DNA of 64,000 bases. Source: Guillardia theta CCMP2712. Lineage: Eukaryota; Protista; Cryptophyta. A program made the translations under genes and the position numbers. The stretch spans positions 458,531 through 522,530 of the forward strand of contig NW_005434634.1 of NCBI RefSeq assembly GCF_000315625.1. The letters run 5' to 3'. This document shows positions 15,001 to 30,000 of this stretch, one piece after another. The notes under the pieces are model-generated. The model had not been told where the DNA came from, ran no database searches, and worked only from the letters and a program-made list of their open reading frames with translations. Numbering within the stretch: position 1 is the first letter of the stretch; every line of letters starts with the position of its first letter.

Positions 15001-18000
15001 ATTATTCGGTCTCTCTGCACCATTCAAACGGAACGATTCAATCTAGTGGAATAATTTTTCTGCTCCTGCCAAAGATCCATCTAAATTCCGTCACTCCATC
15101 GATGTCTCCGATCTCTGGTGGTGTAGAAATAGTCATCTCCTTTCAATACCCGATTAGAAATATGACCATACGATGTATGTTTGAACGATTTGAATCAGAT
15201 TGTATGTTGGATCATCGAAACCAATCTGAATGCAATTGCATGACTCCCGAAGTTCAACATGCAAAAACATTGTCCTTCGATCTGTCTGTAGGTGGAATCC
15301 CAACTGGAAATAATGTTACATTCATATTTTATGACGCGATAGATGTATACACTCTAACTCCCACAATTGGCATAGATTCCTTGTCACATCAAATTTCAAT
15401 ACTCGGTTCAAATTTTGTTGATATACCACATCTTGGATGTGGATTCGTTAGAAATGATCAGTTATTTGACAGAAAGGCTGATTTGATATCTTCCAGCATT
15501 ATATTGTGTTCTACGATTGATCTTGAAGCTGGTGAATACCAGTTGAAACTTGAAGGGTATCAATCAATTGTACATCTGAGAACTCTTACTTTTCAGAAAG
15601 CTTCTTTTCTTATCTTGGATGTTTCTCCACGAGCAATACTTGCTCGTCACTTGCATTCGTTGCAAATCAAAGGCATATTTTCAGTGGAAATTTTGCAATC
15701 TAGCATTTGGTGTACTTCTTGGAAATTCAAGAGCAGAGCTAAGATTGCAAATTCCAAAGAACTCCTCTGCAAAGTCTACCATAGCTATGCGGGGACGATA
15801 ACCGTTGAAATCCATACAAGTTTGCTCCCTGAATTCAGAGCAACTTTTGCTGTACAATCGCTTGAGCCATCATCCTTGACATCCAGAAATTTTCAGTTTC
15901 ACAATCGAAAGAATGAATCTGAAATTCGATTTGTGTCGTCAACTCAATTAGAGGGATCCGAATTTTATTGCGTTTTTGGAAATATGGCTGTTTCTGGATT
16001 TGTTTTGCAAAGAAAGGAAATTTCTTGTCAAGTCCCCTCAAAGAATACGTCGATGGTGTCACTAGTTGCTGGATCTGATGCACAGCTGGTAGATCTTTGG
16101 AAAATAAGACTTTTAGGTTTTCACAGGAACTTGTCCGTCCAGAACATCTCTCCTTCAATTGGAGTAGGACCAGGTCAAACTTTGATATCTATCATGGGAC
16201 TGTTCGAAGCCGTTGATGTAATTCATTGCAAATTTGACAGTGAACCACCTCATAGAGCAAACTTCCATACATCCACTTTGATAAGTTGTATGACTCCTCC
16301 ATCGAAAAATAGTGAAACTGTTCTTGTAATCATTCATGAAAACCAGCCTTTAAGATCTTTTCGAATCTTGATGTCCACGCTTCAAGTCAAGAATATACAT
16401 CCTACACAAGTTCAATTAGGTGGATCTGTGATTACTATTGTAGGTGAGCATTTTCAGCACTCTACAGGTTTGCAGTGTCAAGTAGGGAAATTGTTTTACA
16501 CATCTGCAGAATTTGTGTCATCTTCCTTGTTAGAATGTCACCTTGTTTCAAGGAAAATTGGAAATTACACTTTTGCACTTGTTGATGACAACCGCGTAAT
16601 TTGGAAAGAGTCCCGCTTCATGATACAAATGTTATCAATGCAAAGCTTTGGTCCATCATCTGGACCGATTGCTGGCGGAACTGTTCTTAAATTTTCGTTA
16701 AGTGGTGATATATCTATCTCAGAGTACCCTTTGATTTGCAAATTCGATGACAGAGATTATGTAGATGCTATAGTGAGCGGTGACTGCATAGAGTGCATTT
16801 CCCCCTCTTCGGAATTGGAAATAACAAGTAGCTCATCTGTCTATTTGCAAACAAATTCAATCACTCTGTTGCAAATTGAGTTTCTCTATTTCCGGGAACC
16901 AAATTTGTACGCTATAACACCATCGAGAGGTCCATATGAAGTCATATGTCTCGTTACTGTTTTTGGAGAAGATTTTTCATGTTTCACCGAGGTATGGTTT
17001 GGGCCTCTCCGTCACGTACCTTCTACTGTCCTTTCAAGTACCATGCTTCTATGCATTACCCCAAGGAGGTTCCAGAAAGAAGAAAACTCTTCAGTCATCA
17101 TGGTGTCAAACAATGGGGTTGACTTCTCTCCTTCGACTCTCAAATTTGTATACACTGCCCAGCCAAAGTTCATCGGCATTTCTCCGGATGTAGTTTTGTG
17201 TGAAGAGAGAATACAGGCAGTGACGGTGATTGGGGAAGACTTCGAGAAGCAGGCATTGTTTCGATGTAGCTTCGGAGGACGCGACAGCACTCTAGCAGAA
17301 TTTGTGACTTCATCCAAGCTTATTTGCCTCATAGAGATGAGATTAGACCATCCTAATGTTTCGTTTATCGTTGAGCATCTGGAATCTCAGAACTTCTATG
17401 TATTTCATCCGAGCACAAGTTGCCTGCAAATCAACTCGCTATCCCCTTCTGCAGGGCCTGTTTCTGCATCACTAACAGTGCGGTTGCGCTTTGCACATTC
17501 TGAACAAGAGTTGCAATTTTGCGTTTGGCAAAATGACAGTTCTCCGATTCTGGCGAGAAATCAAACAGAAGCACAATGCAGAATTCCAAGTACTGCAAAG
17601 CCTGGATGGTGTACAGTTTACCTTGCAGATGGGCAAAAACAACGCCGATCAAATAGAATCCAATTTTTATTTTTGGCGCATTATGAAATTTCCCAGCTTA
17701 CTCCTTCCATGGTGCAGAGACGCACTGCTTGTTACATCACGATACATGGAAATGAATTCACCCAGCCGATTCAAAGATCATGCATCATATCCAATTCCAG
17801 CATGTTTCAACTAGAACTGCCTTCAAGATTCGTTTCATCTCAAATAATCTTATGCTATATCGGGCTCGAACTGGAAATAGGGGTTTACTCTCTAGCCTTG
17901 ACTGAGAATCGATTCATAAATTCAAACTTTGCATCTATCGAAGTTTTGCCTGGAGTTTTGATACAAGATGCAATCATATCAAGTGGATCAGCAGGAAACG

Positions 18001-21000
18001 AATTTATTGTCAGTATCTATGGGCTTTACTTTCAGAAAGATGTTCATCGTTGCATTTTTGGATGGAGCAATCCCACTGAAAGTGTTGTATTTTCATCTTC
18101 CCATATACAGTGCTCTGCATTAAAGTTGAATAATTCCAACGTTTCAGTATCTCTTGAAGTTTTTGGAGGAGGCATGCCTATACCTTATCGGAAACTTGTT
18201 TATTTTCACAACCATCCAAGAATTTTGTATATTTTGCCTTCCCAGATCTTCGAGGACAGTCGCACATTAGTTTTCGTAGGTGTGAGGAACTTGCTGATGA
18301 GTGACAAATTGGTGTGTCGTTTTAACCATACTCAAACGTTTGGGACTTTGGTTTATTTGAACCAGATAAAGTGTTTGAGTCCTCGAGATTCTAATCATAA
18401 GATTTTACCTTTTACATTAGAAGTGTGTCGCCAGAACTCATCACTGATAGCGGTTGGCAAGTTTTACATTGAGATTGTCAAACCTCCTATGATTGAAAAA
18501 ATCATTCCTTCAAACGGGCCTCTGCACGGCGGCACAAGAATTCGAGTAATAGGTAGTCATTTCAGTGCAACGTCCAATTTAAAATGTTGTTTCGACCATC
18601 AGGAGACCTATCTTCAAACAATTTCATCCAATCTGGCTATTTGCCTGTCTCCTCAAGTGGCATCTCGTCAACGTTGTAATTTTAGGTTGTCTTTAGGATG
18701 TAAGGATGAAAATGAAAGACTTGGATCAGGCAATTTAAGTTTCGAATTCTTCAGTGAATTTGAAATGTTTTCTGTTTTGCCATCACGATTTTTCAATCAT
18801 CAATTTGATCAGTTAACTGTTTTTGGAAATGCATTTTCCAATCCGTTAAAGTTGAGATGTGCTTACAGCAATGGTATATATAGCGAATTAAACACTGTAT
18901 ATGTCTTGAGTTCAACGAAATTGCTGTGTAATACTCCGACAAGATTTCAAAATGGGAAGGTGCAGCTGGAAATTACTAGCAGATTAATAGTTTCAAGATC
19001 TCTAGGAATAGAATTGATTATTGAACAAGCAACGAAATTGACCGGGAACAGTGCTCAAGTCGTGAATATGTCTCTGTTCTCAAACGATTACAAAGTCGTT
19101 TTTACTCCTACATATCTATTTCTCAACAGGATATCAATCATAACTGTCCATGGTAGCAATTTCATGAAAGATTTTTCGTGTAAGATTGAAGGAGCAGGAT
19201 TTGTAAAGTCTGTTCTCTTGAGCAGCATGGATATTCTGTGCCGTGTATGGAAAACAGGATTCGGAAAGTCGAAACTTTGGCTAACCAGGGGTGATGATGA
19301 AATCATTGCAATGTCAAGTGTACACACCATTCATGCTCCCAGGATACGCACCGTTACTCCCACAATAGTAAAAGAAAATGAGCAAGCATTGATAACGATC
19401 CTAGGAAATGATTTTCCATACGTAGAAACATCTTGTCAAAACAAGTATGGAATCATGAATGCAATTCAAATCAATATTACCACCATGATATGCCCCGTAT
19501 TGTTTGGAGTGGCTGGAAATGACTACTTGACTATAATGTTTCCATCCTTGGGCCTCAAATTCAACTACACAACCCTCACTATTGCAGTTCCTGAATTCCA
19601 TTCATTGATTCCTTCTATCAGTACATCTCATACACAGCGTTTGACTCTTGTTGGGAATCATTTTCCAAATTTGGAAATTGACTGTCATTTTGGAGCTTTG
19701 AAAACAAAAGCGACATTCTCGTCTTCCTCGACCATTATTTGCGATTCTCCAAAGACGAAAAGCCACATGCCCATTTCAGTTAGTTTTATGGTCTCAGGAG
19801 AGATAACTCAGTTTAGGAGCAAGCTAAGATATTTGTACTTCGATTCAGACCATATCTTGAAGCTGAAACCAAAATCCTTTGACTGTCTTGTGGAGCAAAT
19901 CGTAACAATGATCGGCAACAATTTCCCGAACAATAAGTTGAAGGTAAAGTTTTCGAACGGAGACATAAGATATCCAAAATTTATGTCAAGCACAATGCTT
20001 CTAATGAATTCTCCCAGGTCCTCCTTTAAGAAATTGCGTGTATTTATCTCACTAGATGATGTAAATTGGATGATTGTCAACTCGACATTATTTTGTGCTC
20101 TGCCTCCGTTCATTTCTACCATTCTTCCAACATTCGTGACTTGGAATGTGAAATCTTTGACCTTAATTGGAAACAATTTTGACAAATCGTTTCCATCATT
20201 TTTCAATTTGGGTGCAAGGAAGGGTGTGGGAATATTCGTATCAACAAGCATGATGATTGCACCGATTTCTCATTTGGCAAGCGGCAATTACACAGTGCAG
20301 GTGAAATCAGATTTATCTGTTGGAAGTTTTCAACGTGATATCAAACTCATCGTTCAAAGAGAGCATTACCCCATGATGATTAAACCGTCTTGTGGAAGTT
20401 CAGATCAGGGTCATAGTTTGATAAATTTATATTTTAAAGATGGAGCCCAGAATATGTCAGCCGTCACAGGCATTTATGTTGCAAATCAAAAACTTGAGTA
20501 TCAAACTCACCGTGATTACATTCAGATCGTTTTGAAAGCTCGTGATGTAATTGAAGAAAAAGGTGATGTCTTACGTCTAAATGTCCTTTGTAATGATCAT
20601 AGCTTTTACCTTGAGTACAAGCATGTTCCAATCACGAGGGCATTCATTGCTCCCTCTGTCGGACCTACACAAGGAATGACAGCAATTCGAATTCTTTCGC
20701 CGCAAATCCGGAATTCTTCAAAATTCCATTGCATCTTTGACCAGAATTCATATGGTAGGCTTATTCAGTATGCTGATAACAGAGTCTATTGCATTTCTCC
20801 CTCATTCGTCGAGAAAAAGGTCAAACTTCGGATTGTATCTTTGTCCAATTGTGAATCCTTTGAAACCGAGTTCCGCTTCCTGCCTGCTCCTGAAATACAA
20901 TCAGTGAGATCTCAGGATGCAAATAGAGTCTATATTCGTCTGAATCACTCTTTTGATGAAGAAAACATATCCTGGACGGCAAGCATCGGAGGTAAAATTC

Positions 21001-24000
21001 AAGTTGCCCTCAGGCATTGGGATAAGCAAACTCTGATCGCTTCTATCCCCAAATTGTATCCTGGAAATCATTCTATTCGAATCAGTTACAACGATCAGCA
21101 ATATAGCATGGAAGCGGTGTCATTTTACGTTCCTGAATCAATCTTCTTGTTGAAAGTGAATCCATCGGCTGCAACTTTTTTGTCAAAAGTGCGTGTATAT
21201 TACAAGATGAAGCATAAATCTGAAAGTCTATTTTGTCATTTTGGACAATCCAAGCTGTACAGATCTCCTTTGTTGGTTGAATTTGGATTGTCTGGAGAGA
21301 AATACTTTTGCAAAGTTCCCATCTTGCACCTCAGACAAAATGTTTTGTTCCTCTGTGATTTGAATTGTCAGAAACAAAGCAATCATGTGAAATTTGAGTT
21401 CATAACAAAGCAAACTGACACGCAGCAATTGCTCATAATTCCTACCCTTGTCCATCTATTCAAAAGGACAGCTGTAACAATCCGGGGATCAAACTTCAAG
21501 AATGTCGAAAGTCATCTGATTGGCAGGCATGGAATTCATGGTCAACTGGAAACAAACTTGCTATCCATCAGCGAAGCTATCTGCTACTTGACACCGACGG
21601 AAAGGAACATGAGCATTGAAATAGTAGTTAACCATGCATACACTGCGCAACTACCTTTGTTCATTTCAAGAATACCGATCTTCATGGACCTGGAAATTTG
21701 GAATGATCACGAGAATCATACCTTCAAATGGTTGACAGTAAATGGCAAGTATCTAGAAACATTCATTCGAGGACGATGCATCTTTGCAACCGTTTACAAA
21801 ACAAGAATAACTTCCATTGCGAGCAATGGTAGCAGGCTTTCATGCCCGTTACCAACAGTCAGGTACCCTGCAAATTTGACCCTCAAAATTGAAACCGAAA
21901 CCCAGGAAGCAATTGAAACAGGGCTTGTACTCAGTACAGAACCAGTACAAATCATGCTGATTACGCCTTCTGCAGGCCCTATTCATGGACGTACTCTTTG
22001 TCGTATTCAAGTGTCAACAATGCTCTCGGCCAAGCAGTCTTTCCGCTGCTCCTTTGGAGTGAGTAAAGCTGAAGCCTCATTGTATGATAGAACAAGTGTT
22101 GTTTGTTACACTCCACGGGGTAGTGAAGGTCTGTACGATGTTCGGGTACTTAGTATCTTCGATACGGTGGTCGGCTTTTCTCGTCATGCCTATCGCTACT
22201 ATGAATCACCAGTCTTGTTAGCATTGCAACCCAGTGCTGGCTCGAGCATCTCTAAGTTTGTTCTGACCCTGGTTGGAAAGACGTTTCTGAGTCAGTCCAT
22301 CCTTCGGTTTTCTGGTTCGCGCGCAGTGCTCCGATCAACTGTTCTGTCTTCATCCCTCATGCTGGTTTTTGCGGAGCGATGTCATGAAACAGACACTAGG
22401 ATCGAAATTGCAGGTAACGGACAAGACTTTGAAACAATGTCGAGCACATTCTTGTGTGCACCGCCAATCCGCGTACAACATATACAACCGACTTTGGTTT
22501 CAAGAAATCCTCGCAGAATTTCCATTGTAGGAGAGCATTTTCCTACTAGGAGTGATCTAAGATGTCAGTTCGGTCTTCAACGAGCAACTCTGAGCTGGAT
22601 TTCATCTACGCTCATGATTTGCCTAGTCCCGAGTGAAATGTATGGAAATCTTTCGATGAGTGTGTACGACAGCAGAAGTGTTCGTATGACGAGGTATTTT
22701 CTTTTACTGGTGCAAAACCCTCCGTCAGTATTGTCCATCATTCCTTCCTTTGCGTCCTCGGCAAGGCCGTTAATGGTTGAAGTCCTTGGAATGAATATTC
22801 TCCCACATTCGTACTGCATCTTTGCAGCAGAGGAATATGGTACGATAAGTACCGAATCGAAGTTCGTCACAAGCTCACTTGTGCGTTGCTCGTCTCCAGA
22901 GGGGACAGAAGGAACTTTCAGCGTATGCTTACATAGCAAAGATCTTCCTATTGCCGTGTCGTCGAGCACATGTATGCCTTTTGTCAGCCATCGTCTGTAT
23001 GATCCGGAAATCGTTTCAATCTACCCAACCTCTTCACCAATATCTGGAGGCCGCATATTGACTGTTTCTGGAAACAATTTCTACCCTACGCAGTCAGTTT
23101 GCATGATTGATGATCAGATGGTCCATTCCAAAGTTTTGTCCATCTCAAAGATGGAGTGTGTTGTTCCTCCTCATGAACCGGGCCCTGTGAATCTGCTCGT
23201 CACATCTGGAGATCAAGATGGTACAACGAGTGAGCAAATCGTTTTCAACTATGAATTCGACCCAACTATAACGAGTGTCATCCCCATCACATCTTCTGGG
23301 GAATCTGGGGTAGTTTTGACAATCAAAGGATCCCACTTTGCTAACACCATCGAAGCAAGCTGCAGCTTAGGAGGCGTCCCGATGAAGAGTACATGGCTGT
23401 CAAGCTCACACGTCCAATGCTCCGTGGATTTTAGCATAGGAGCCGGTGTTTTCTCAGTCGAATACACGAATGATGGTCAAGCATTCACAAGTTTACAATC
23501 ATTGTATATTGGAACGAGGATCAAGATGACATCCATTGAACCATCAATGTCAACGACACGAGGTGGATACTCTGTGAAGGTTCGGGGGACCGGCTTGCTT
23601 CAAACTGTCGACATGAAGTGCATGTTCCAGGAAAATATTGGTTCAGTGGTGATGGAGGTACAGGAAAATGAGTTTGTATGTTATACACCTCCTTCAGAGA
23701 TCCCTGGGACTGTGAGACTTTCCTTGCTTTCAGATTCTGGTAAGAGAATTCAGAGCGATCTCCTATTCGAGTATATACCTGATCTCTTGGCTCATTCCCT
23801 CTTTCCATCGTCTGGGCCATCAACAAGCAGCAGTGAAGTAGCTGTCCGAGGGGAGTACCTGCCACTCAATGGATCTGTCAAGTGTGTCTTCGGTGGTCAA
23901 GATACCACGGGGCTGGTTATGACATCATCATATATGAGATGTATCACGCCAGTATCTAGACAGGTAGGAACCATACCTTTCTCCTTGAGGATAGGCAAGA

Positions 24001-27000
24001 TAGCCGTTGGGACTCCCCTAAAATATGAGTTTGTAGAGGCTCCACAGGTCTTTGGGATGATTCCCTCGCAGGGCCCAGCGGAAGGGGGCACCAGGGTACT
24101 GCTTTATGGGGCAGGCTTTGATGTGGGACAAGGAATACGCTGCAAGTTTGGGTTGGAAGACGAAAGCGAGTCAATGGCACAAATAAGCTCTTCAACGGCT
24201 CTTCATTGCATCTCGAGACCAGGAAAAGCACAGAACCTAACCATTGGGATTGGCAATAGCGTCATTGGCTTCACATTCACCAAAACTCCTTTCGAATTAC
24301 TTGAGGTGATGAGAATCTTTCGAGTGTATCCTACAAAGGTGCCTGTGAACAGAGATACACAGATCACCATCGAAGGTACTGGCTTTGGGCAATATGCTGC
24401 TTCATGGTGTTGTATTGAACATGGTCAAATGTTACAAGTGGCAATCATTTCGAGCATCAGATTGCTTTGCAATATTTCCTACAGAAAATCGGGTCACAAA
24501 TCACTATATCTTGTTGAGAGAGCCGGTATGAATTTCATTTGATTCACTTTACTCGTTTTGATTGAATGTACAGGTTGGAAGCTTCAAGAAGAATATGGCG
24601 ATGTTTCGAGTCCCTTATCATGGACTGAGGTAGGTGACTTTGATCTAAAGTTCTTACGTCGATTCGTTACCAAAATAGAATTTTCCGAGCGGTCGAACGT
24701 TGCACAAAATTGTTCAAGCGTGCATTGCAAGTTACCTGCAAATTTGCATCGGGTGGCTTATGACCTCAAAGATACAAAGAACTGCGAGAAAGGGTGTTTT
24801 CTTGACTCAAGGAACACATCGTATCTGATTGACATATTTCCGAATACAATCTTCTCTGGAACCTCGAATACAATACGTGCTTTTGGTCAATTCTCAGAAT
24901 CGGATTCATATCGATGTGAAATTTCACATCAGTCGATGATCGCCACAAAGATTTCCAAGGGAGAGATAGTATGTGAGATCTTACCCCTTGGGATGGGATT
25001 ACATGAATTCAAATTGATATCAGATACAAATGACATCCTCACAGCACAGATCAACTGTGTCCCTATGAACTTAGACATTACACCTTCACTTGGTCCTATA
25101 CTAGGAGGGACTCTCGTGAGAATAAGTAACCCGCTGGGCTTGAATATCTCTGATTTTAACGTAGCAGTGAAAGAATCAATGGTAAACTTCACCTCCAAGT
25201 CTGCATCTGAGCTATATTTCAAGATGCCTCCCAGCCTTGCTGGCAGCCTCAAAATATCTGTCAAATGGAAATTGGAAGAATTTTTAAAGATAAAATTCCT
25301 GGTTACCGAAATTCCAAAAATTACTGCCATCCTTCCTTCAGTTGCACAGGTCTCGAAAACACTAAAAATTTCATTAAAAGGACGAGGCTTCATTGCCAAT
25401 TCCACTTACGTCAAATTTGGAGTCGATTTGGCGGAGGAAGTTTCTGTGCTTTCCTCGTCGCTCCTGATGTGCAAATGTCCGCAGTCCCAACTCGAAGGTA
25501 AAGTATTACTGTCAATCAGTACGAATGACCTGGATTACTTCTCTTATGATGTATCATTTACATTCATGCCTATGCCAAGAATATTCTCGGTGTTTCCTAC
25601 GTGTATACCGCCTTCAGGAGGAGTCGAAATATCAATATACGGAACGAATTTCTACGCACATGGGTTAGATTTAAGTGTGTTGATCGGAAGACAAGAAAGT
25701 TTTGCAAATCTGATTACTAGTACCATGCTTACGAGCGTTTGCCCAGTTTTGAATGAGTTTGCAAACCTCTCAGTCACATTGAGTGTTGGAGACGCCATGA
25801 TCGAAGGAGAAAGGGAGCCGTTACATGTCTGTAATGAGTTGAGCTTGTTGCGGGTTGTGCCAACGATCAGCTACGTGGGCAATCAGGTGCTTCTCACACT
25901 CTATGGCACAGGCTTCCGCGCGAAAATGCTCATACTTGCTGGGAAACGAAGACTGGATTGCGCAGTGAATGATCCTCAATCTGCAGATTGCCGAATCGAC
26001 GCTCTTCCAGTAGGCAACATATCTCTCCATATTTTGGGATCAGGCACAGAGCCAATTCAGTATAGAATTCTTGAGCGACCAACGGTGTACGCTGTTCATC
26101 CTACGGGGGTCTCGAGCACAGAATCCAGAGCGATTACTATATTTGGTCAAGGTTTTACTGAGCATATACGGGAGATTGGACTTCCTGGATGCAAAATGTC
26201 AGAGACTGATGCACTTTTGTTTTCTCTCTACAGCTCAACAATGCTTACATGTCAGTCAATATCATTTTCAAACTTTTTTGCGTGTATATTAGATCTGCCT
26301 TACGCAGATCGTATGCATCAATCGGGTACTTATGCTGTTCATTTCATAGCACCAACAATAGCATTTCCTCACAGTCATATCCTTATCCACGTGGGTACAA
26401 GAAATCCGGATCGTGCCATTGGAAATTGTCGATTTGGTTTGAAGCACTCAGTGTCTATTATTTACAAGAATTCTTCACTGTTGCTCTGCAAAGTTCCAGA
26501 TATAATTCCTGGGAATTACACATTGTCGATCCAGTTACAATCATCACTTTTCGAGTGGCAATATTCCTTTCATTTATATATAACAAAGGAGCCAAATATA
26601 TTTTCCATAATGCCATCCATATCAAGCACTTGTGGCGAAAGGACAATATCGATTTTAGGTTCTGCTTTCAATCAGCACATCCCCTTTTACTGCATGCTCC
26701 ATTCTCCCCACAAAGTGAGTATTGAGAGCCATTGGTTGTCTTCTTCAATTTTGACGTGCCTACTTCCAAGTGGTAGTGAGGGAAGGTTAAAGCTACAGAT
26801 CGTATCAGCTCAGTTACAAAAATCTTATAAAACGCTGACACATACCTGTATTCAATGCCGTGTTGAACATATTCTGATTCAGTCTCCGACCAAAATGATT
26901 GTTCAAGGTCACTTTCCTGCTGGATTTGAATACCATTGTGAGATGAATGAAATCCAAGTGAGAACTTATTGCAACGAAAGAGAGCTAATCTGCATGATAC

Positions 27001-30000
27001 CATCTCAATTCAACAAAAAAGGCGTCACTATTCTGAAAGTGAAAATCGGAAAAAATACTATTTGTTATGAAAACCAAACACAATTTCACACAGCGAGATT
27101 GATTCAAAGCAATCTGCAAGGATCCATTAAGAAATTTTCAAAAGCAACTCAACACTTCATATTGGAAAACGAAATTCTCGAAATCCTTCCCTCTACAGGC
27201 CCTATTCATGGACGTACTCTTTGTCGTATTCAAGTGTCAACAATGCTCTCGGCCAAGCAGTCTTTCCGCTGCTCCTTTGGAGTGAGTAAAGCTGAAGCCT
27301 CATTGTATGATAGAACAAGTGTTGTTTGTTACACTCCACGGGGTAGTGAAGGTCTGTACGATGTTCGGGTACTTAGTATCTTCGATACGGTGGTCGGCTT
27401 TTCTCGTCATGCCTATCGCTACTATGAATCNNNNNNNNNNNNNNNNNNNNNNNNNNNNNNNNNNNNNNNNNNNNNNNNNNNNNNNNNNNNNNNNNNNNNN
27501 NNNNNNNNNNNNNNNNNNNNNNNNNNNNNNNNNNNNNNNNNNNNNNNNNNNNNNNNNNNNNNNNNNNNNNNNNNNNNNNNNNNNNNNNNNNNNNNNNNNN
27601 NNNNNNNNNNNNNNNNNNNNNNNNNNNNNNNNNNNNNNNNNNNNNNNNNNNNNNNNNNNNNNNNNNNNNNNNNNNNNNNNNNNNNNNNNNNNNNNNNNNN
27701 NNNNNNNNNNNNNNNNNNNNNNNNNNNNNNNNNNNNNNNNNNNNNNNNNNNNNNNNNNNNNNNNNNNNNNNNNNNNNNNNNNNNNNNNNNNNNNNNNNNN
27801 NNNNNNNNNNNNNNNNNNNNNNNNNNNNNNNNNNNNNNNNNNNNNNNNNNNNNNNNNNNNNNNNNNNNNNNNNNNNNNNNNNNNNNNNNNNNNNNNNNNN
27901 NNNNNNNNNNNNNNNNNNNNNNNNNNNNNNNNNNNNNNNNNNNNNNNNNNNNNNNNNNNNNNNNNNNNNNNNNNNNNNNNNNNNNNNNNNNNNNNNNNNN
28001 NNNNNNNNNNNNNNNNNNNNNNNNNNNNNNNNNNNNNNNNNNNNNNNNNNNNNNNNNNNNNNNNNNNNNNNNNNNNNNNNNNNNNNNNNNNNNNNNNNNN
28101 NNNNNNNNNNNNNNNNNNNNNNNNNNNNNNNNNNNNNNNNNNNNNNNNNNNNNNNNNNNNNNNNNNNNNNNNNNNNNNNNNNNNNNNNNNNNNNNNNNNN
28201 NNNNNNNNNNNNNNNNNNNNNNNNNNNNNNNNNNNNNNNNNNNNNNNNNNNNNNNNNNNNNNNNNNNNNNNNNNNNNNNNNNNNNNNNNNNNNNNNNNNN
28301 NNNNNNNNNCCTGTTTCCAGTTCTATTCTGGGGAATTCATAATCAACAAAACAATTTGCGTTGATGCTTTTGAAATACCATATTTGTTTTATCTATCTCC
28401 TAGCATTGGTTCCACCCTGGGGGGTTTCCCTGTTTCAGTCTTTGGGCGTCACTTACAAGAGCACAGCGATTGTTTTGTTGGAGATCAGAAGGCTTCCCAT
28501 GCAATGGATCTCTTCGCAAAATGTGGTTTGCTTTGTTCACTCTTCAACAGCAATTGGTGTCATTCCTTTCAGAATCTTCCCGAGAAATCTTCATGCGGAA
28601 TCGAACAAGCTGCCATTCGAATTCTATGATTCATCATACGTCTCTGCCATCACACCATCTCTAGTTACGACAGAATATCTTGGTACGATAACCCTTTTTG
28701 GTACAAAATTTGTCAGTAATCACGATTTCATGATAAATTTCGGGAACACTTCGCAAGTCAGAGGAACTCTGCAAACATCAACCATTGTGACATGCGTCAT
28801 GCCCAGATCCTTGCTTGCATCCAAATATTTGTTATACATCTCAATTGATGAAAGAATGGCCTCTAATCATAAAGTCTTCACAGTGAAAAACATTTTGCAA
28901 ATACAGGGTATATCACCTACAATCGGTTTCTCAAATGGGGGCACCATTGTTCGAGTGTTTGGGCACGGTTTTAGTAATAATGGCGTACTATCCTGCAAAT
29001 TCGGGAATTTTACAACAGTGTTGAATGTGCTTTCTGACAGTGCAGCAGAATGTGCAAGTCCTACGCACAAGAAAGCAGTTGTGATTTTTGTAGTGGTTGC
29101 AAGTCAACATCAAATTTCGAATATGCTTCATTTTCAATATGTAGATCCCTTTGTTCTCATCGATGTCCTTCCCATGAACACAATACCTCTGAAACAATAT
29201 CAATTCACGATGCTTGGAGAAAATTTTTTGAATGCTGAATTGTATTGCAGTTTTAAATTTAGTCAAAGGGTTCGAGCAAAAGTTGTTTCATCGAGTATGT
29301 TAATGTGTAATGCAATCGGGCCTATTGAATCATCAGAGGTGACTGTGTTCTTGAACGCGAATGATCGTTCCAATTCAAAGGAGCTTCGTTCAGTACACAA
29401 TCCAATCATGTCCAGTCTGAAACCTGCATCATATTCAAAACTTCCTTTGACAGTAACAATATCTGGAAAATTTTTCCATCAACATTGTCCTTTTGCAGCT
29501 CGCATTCAGTCCCGGCATCATTTTCTTGCTTCCACACTACACTCTTCATCCAAGTGTACGGTTCTGATTCCTCCAAGTTTTGATCGGAATGTCAACGTCA
29601 GCATTGTGATTGTTTGTGAAAATATTGAAGTCTCACAGAACTCTCTGATTCTGACCAGTCTTCGCGCATCTAAATTCAACCTCGTGCCAACGATTGGACT
29701 TGTGACTGGTGGTGAGATCGTTTCGTTTGTCAATACTCAATTGCATGTAAATGCCAACGAAGTACAATGTAGATTCGGAAATATTATGACTTCTGTCAGT
29801 TTGAGTCTGAATGGAACTCTGACCTGTATTACTCCCTCTCATCCTCCAGGTTTTTCCTCCGTCGCATTGCGCTTCGCTGATTTTGATGATTTTACTTTTC
29901 AGTCATCATTTTATTTCCACAAGTTGATCGAAGTCGATTTTCTGAGACCCTGCTTTGGTTTGATTGGTCTTCCGTTCACCCTCACTATACATGGAAGGTC

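Noticed and set aside
24630-24771. Additional small introns in the non-repeat linker (GTAGGT...AATAG 24630-24678; GCAAGT...CAAAG 24727-24771)
   Set aside because: The frame is already open. The first candidate (49 nt) would shift the frame and the second needs a GC donor. Neither can be supported without RNA data.
28361-28492. Signal-peptide-like N-terminus MMLLKYHICFIYLLALVPPWG of the 10,494-aa ORF
   Set aside because: The overlapping frame encodes a good IPT repeat (LSPSIGSTLGGFPVSVFGRHL) that joins the long ORF after one extra G, so the hydrophobic leader is probably an out-of-frame artefact.
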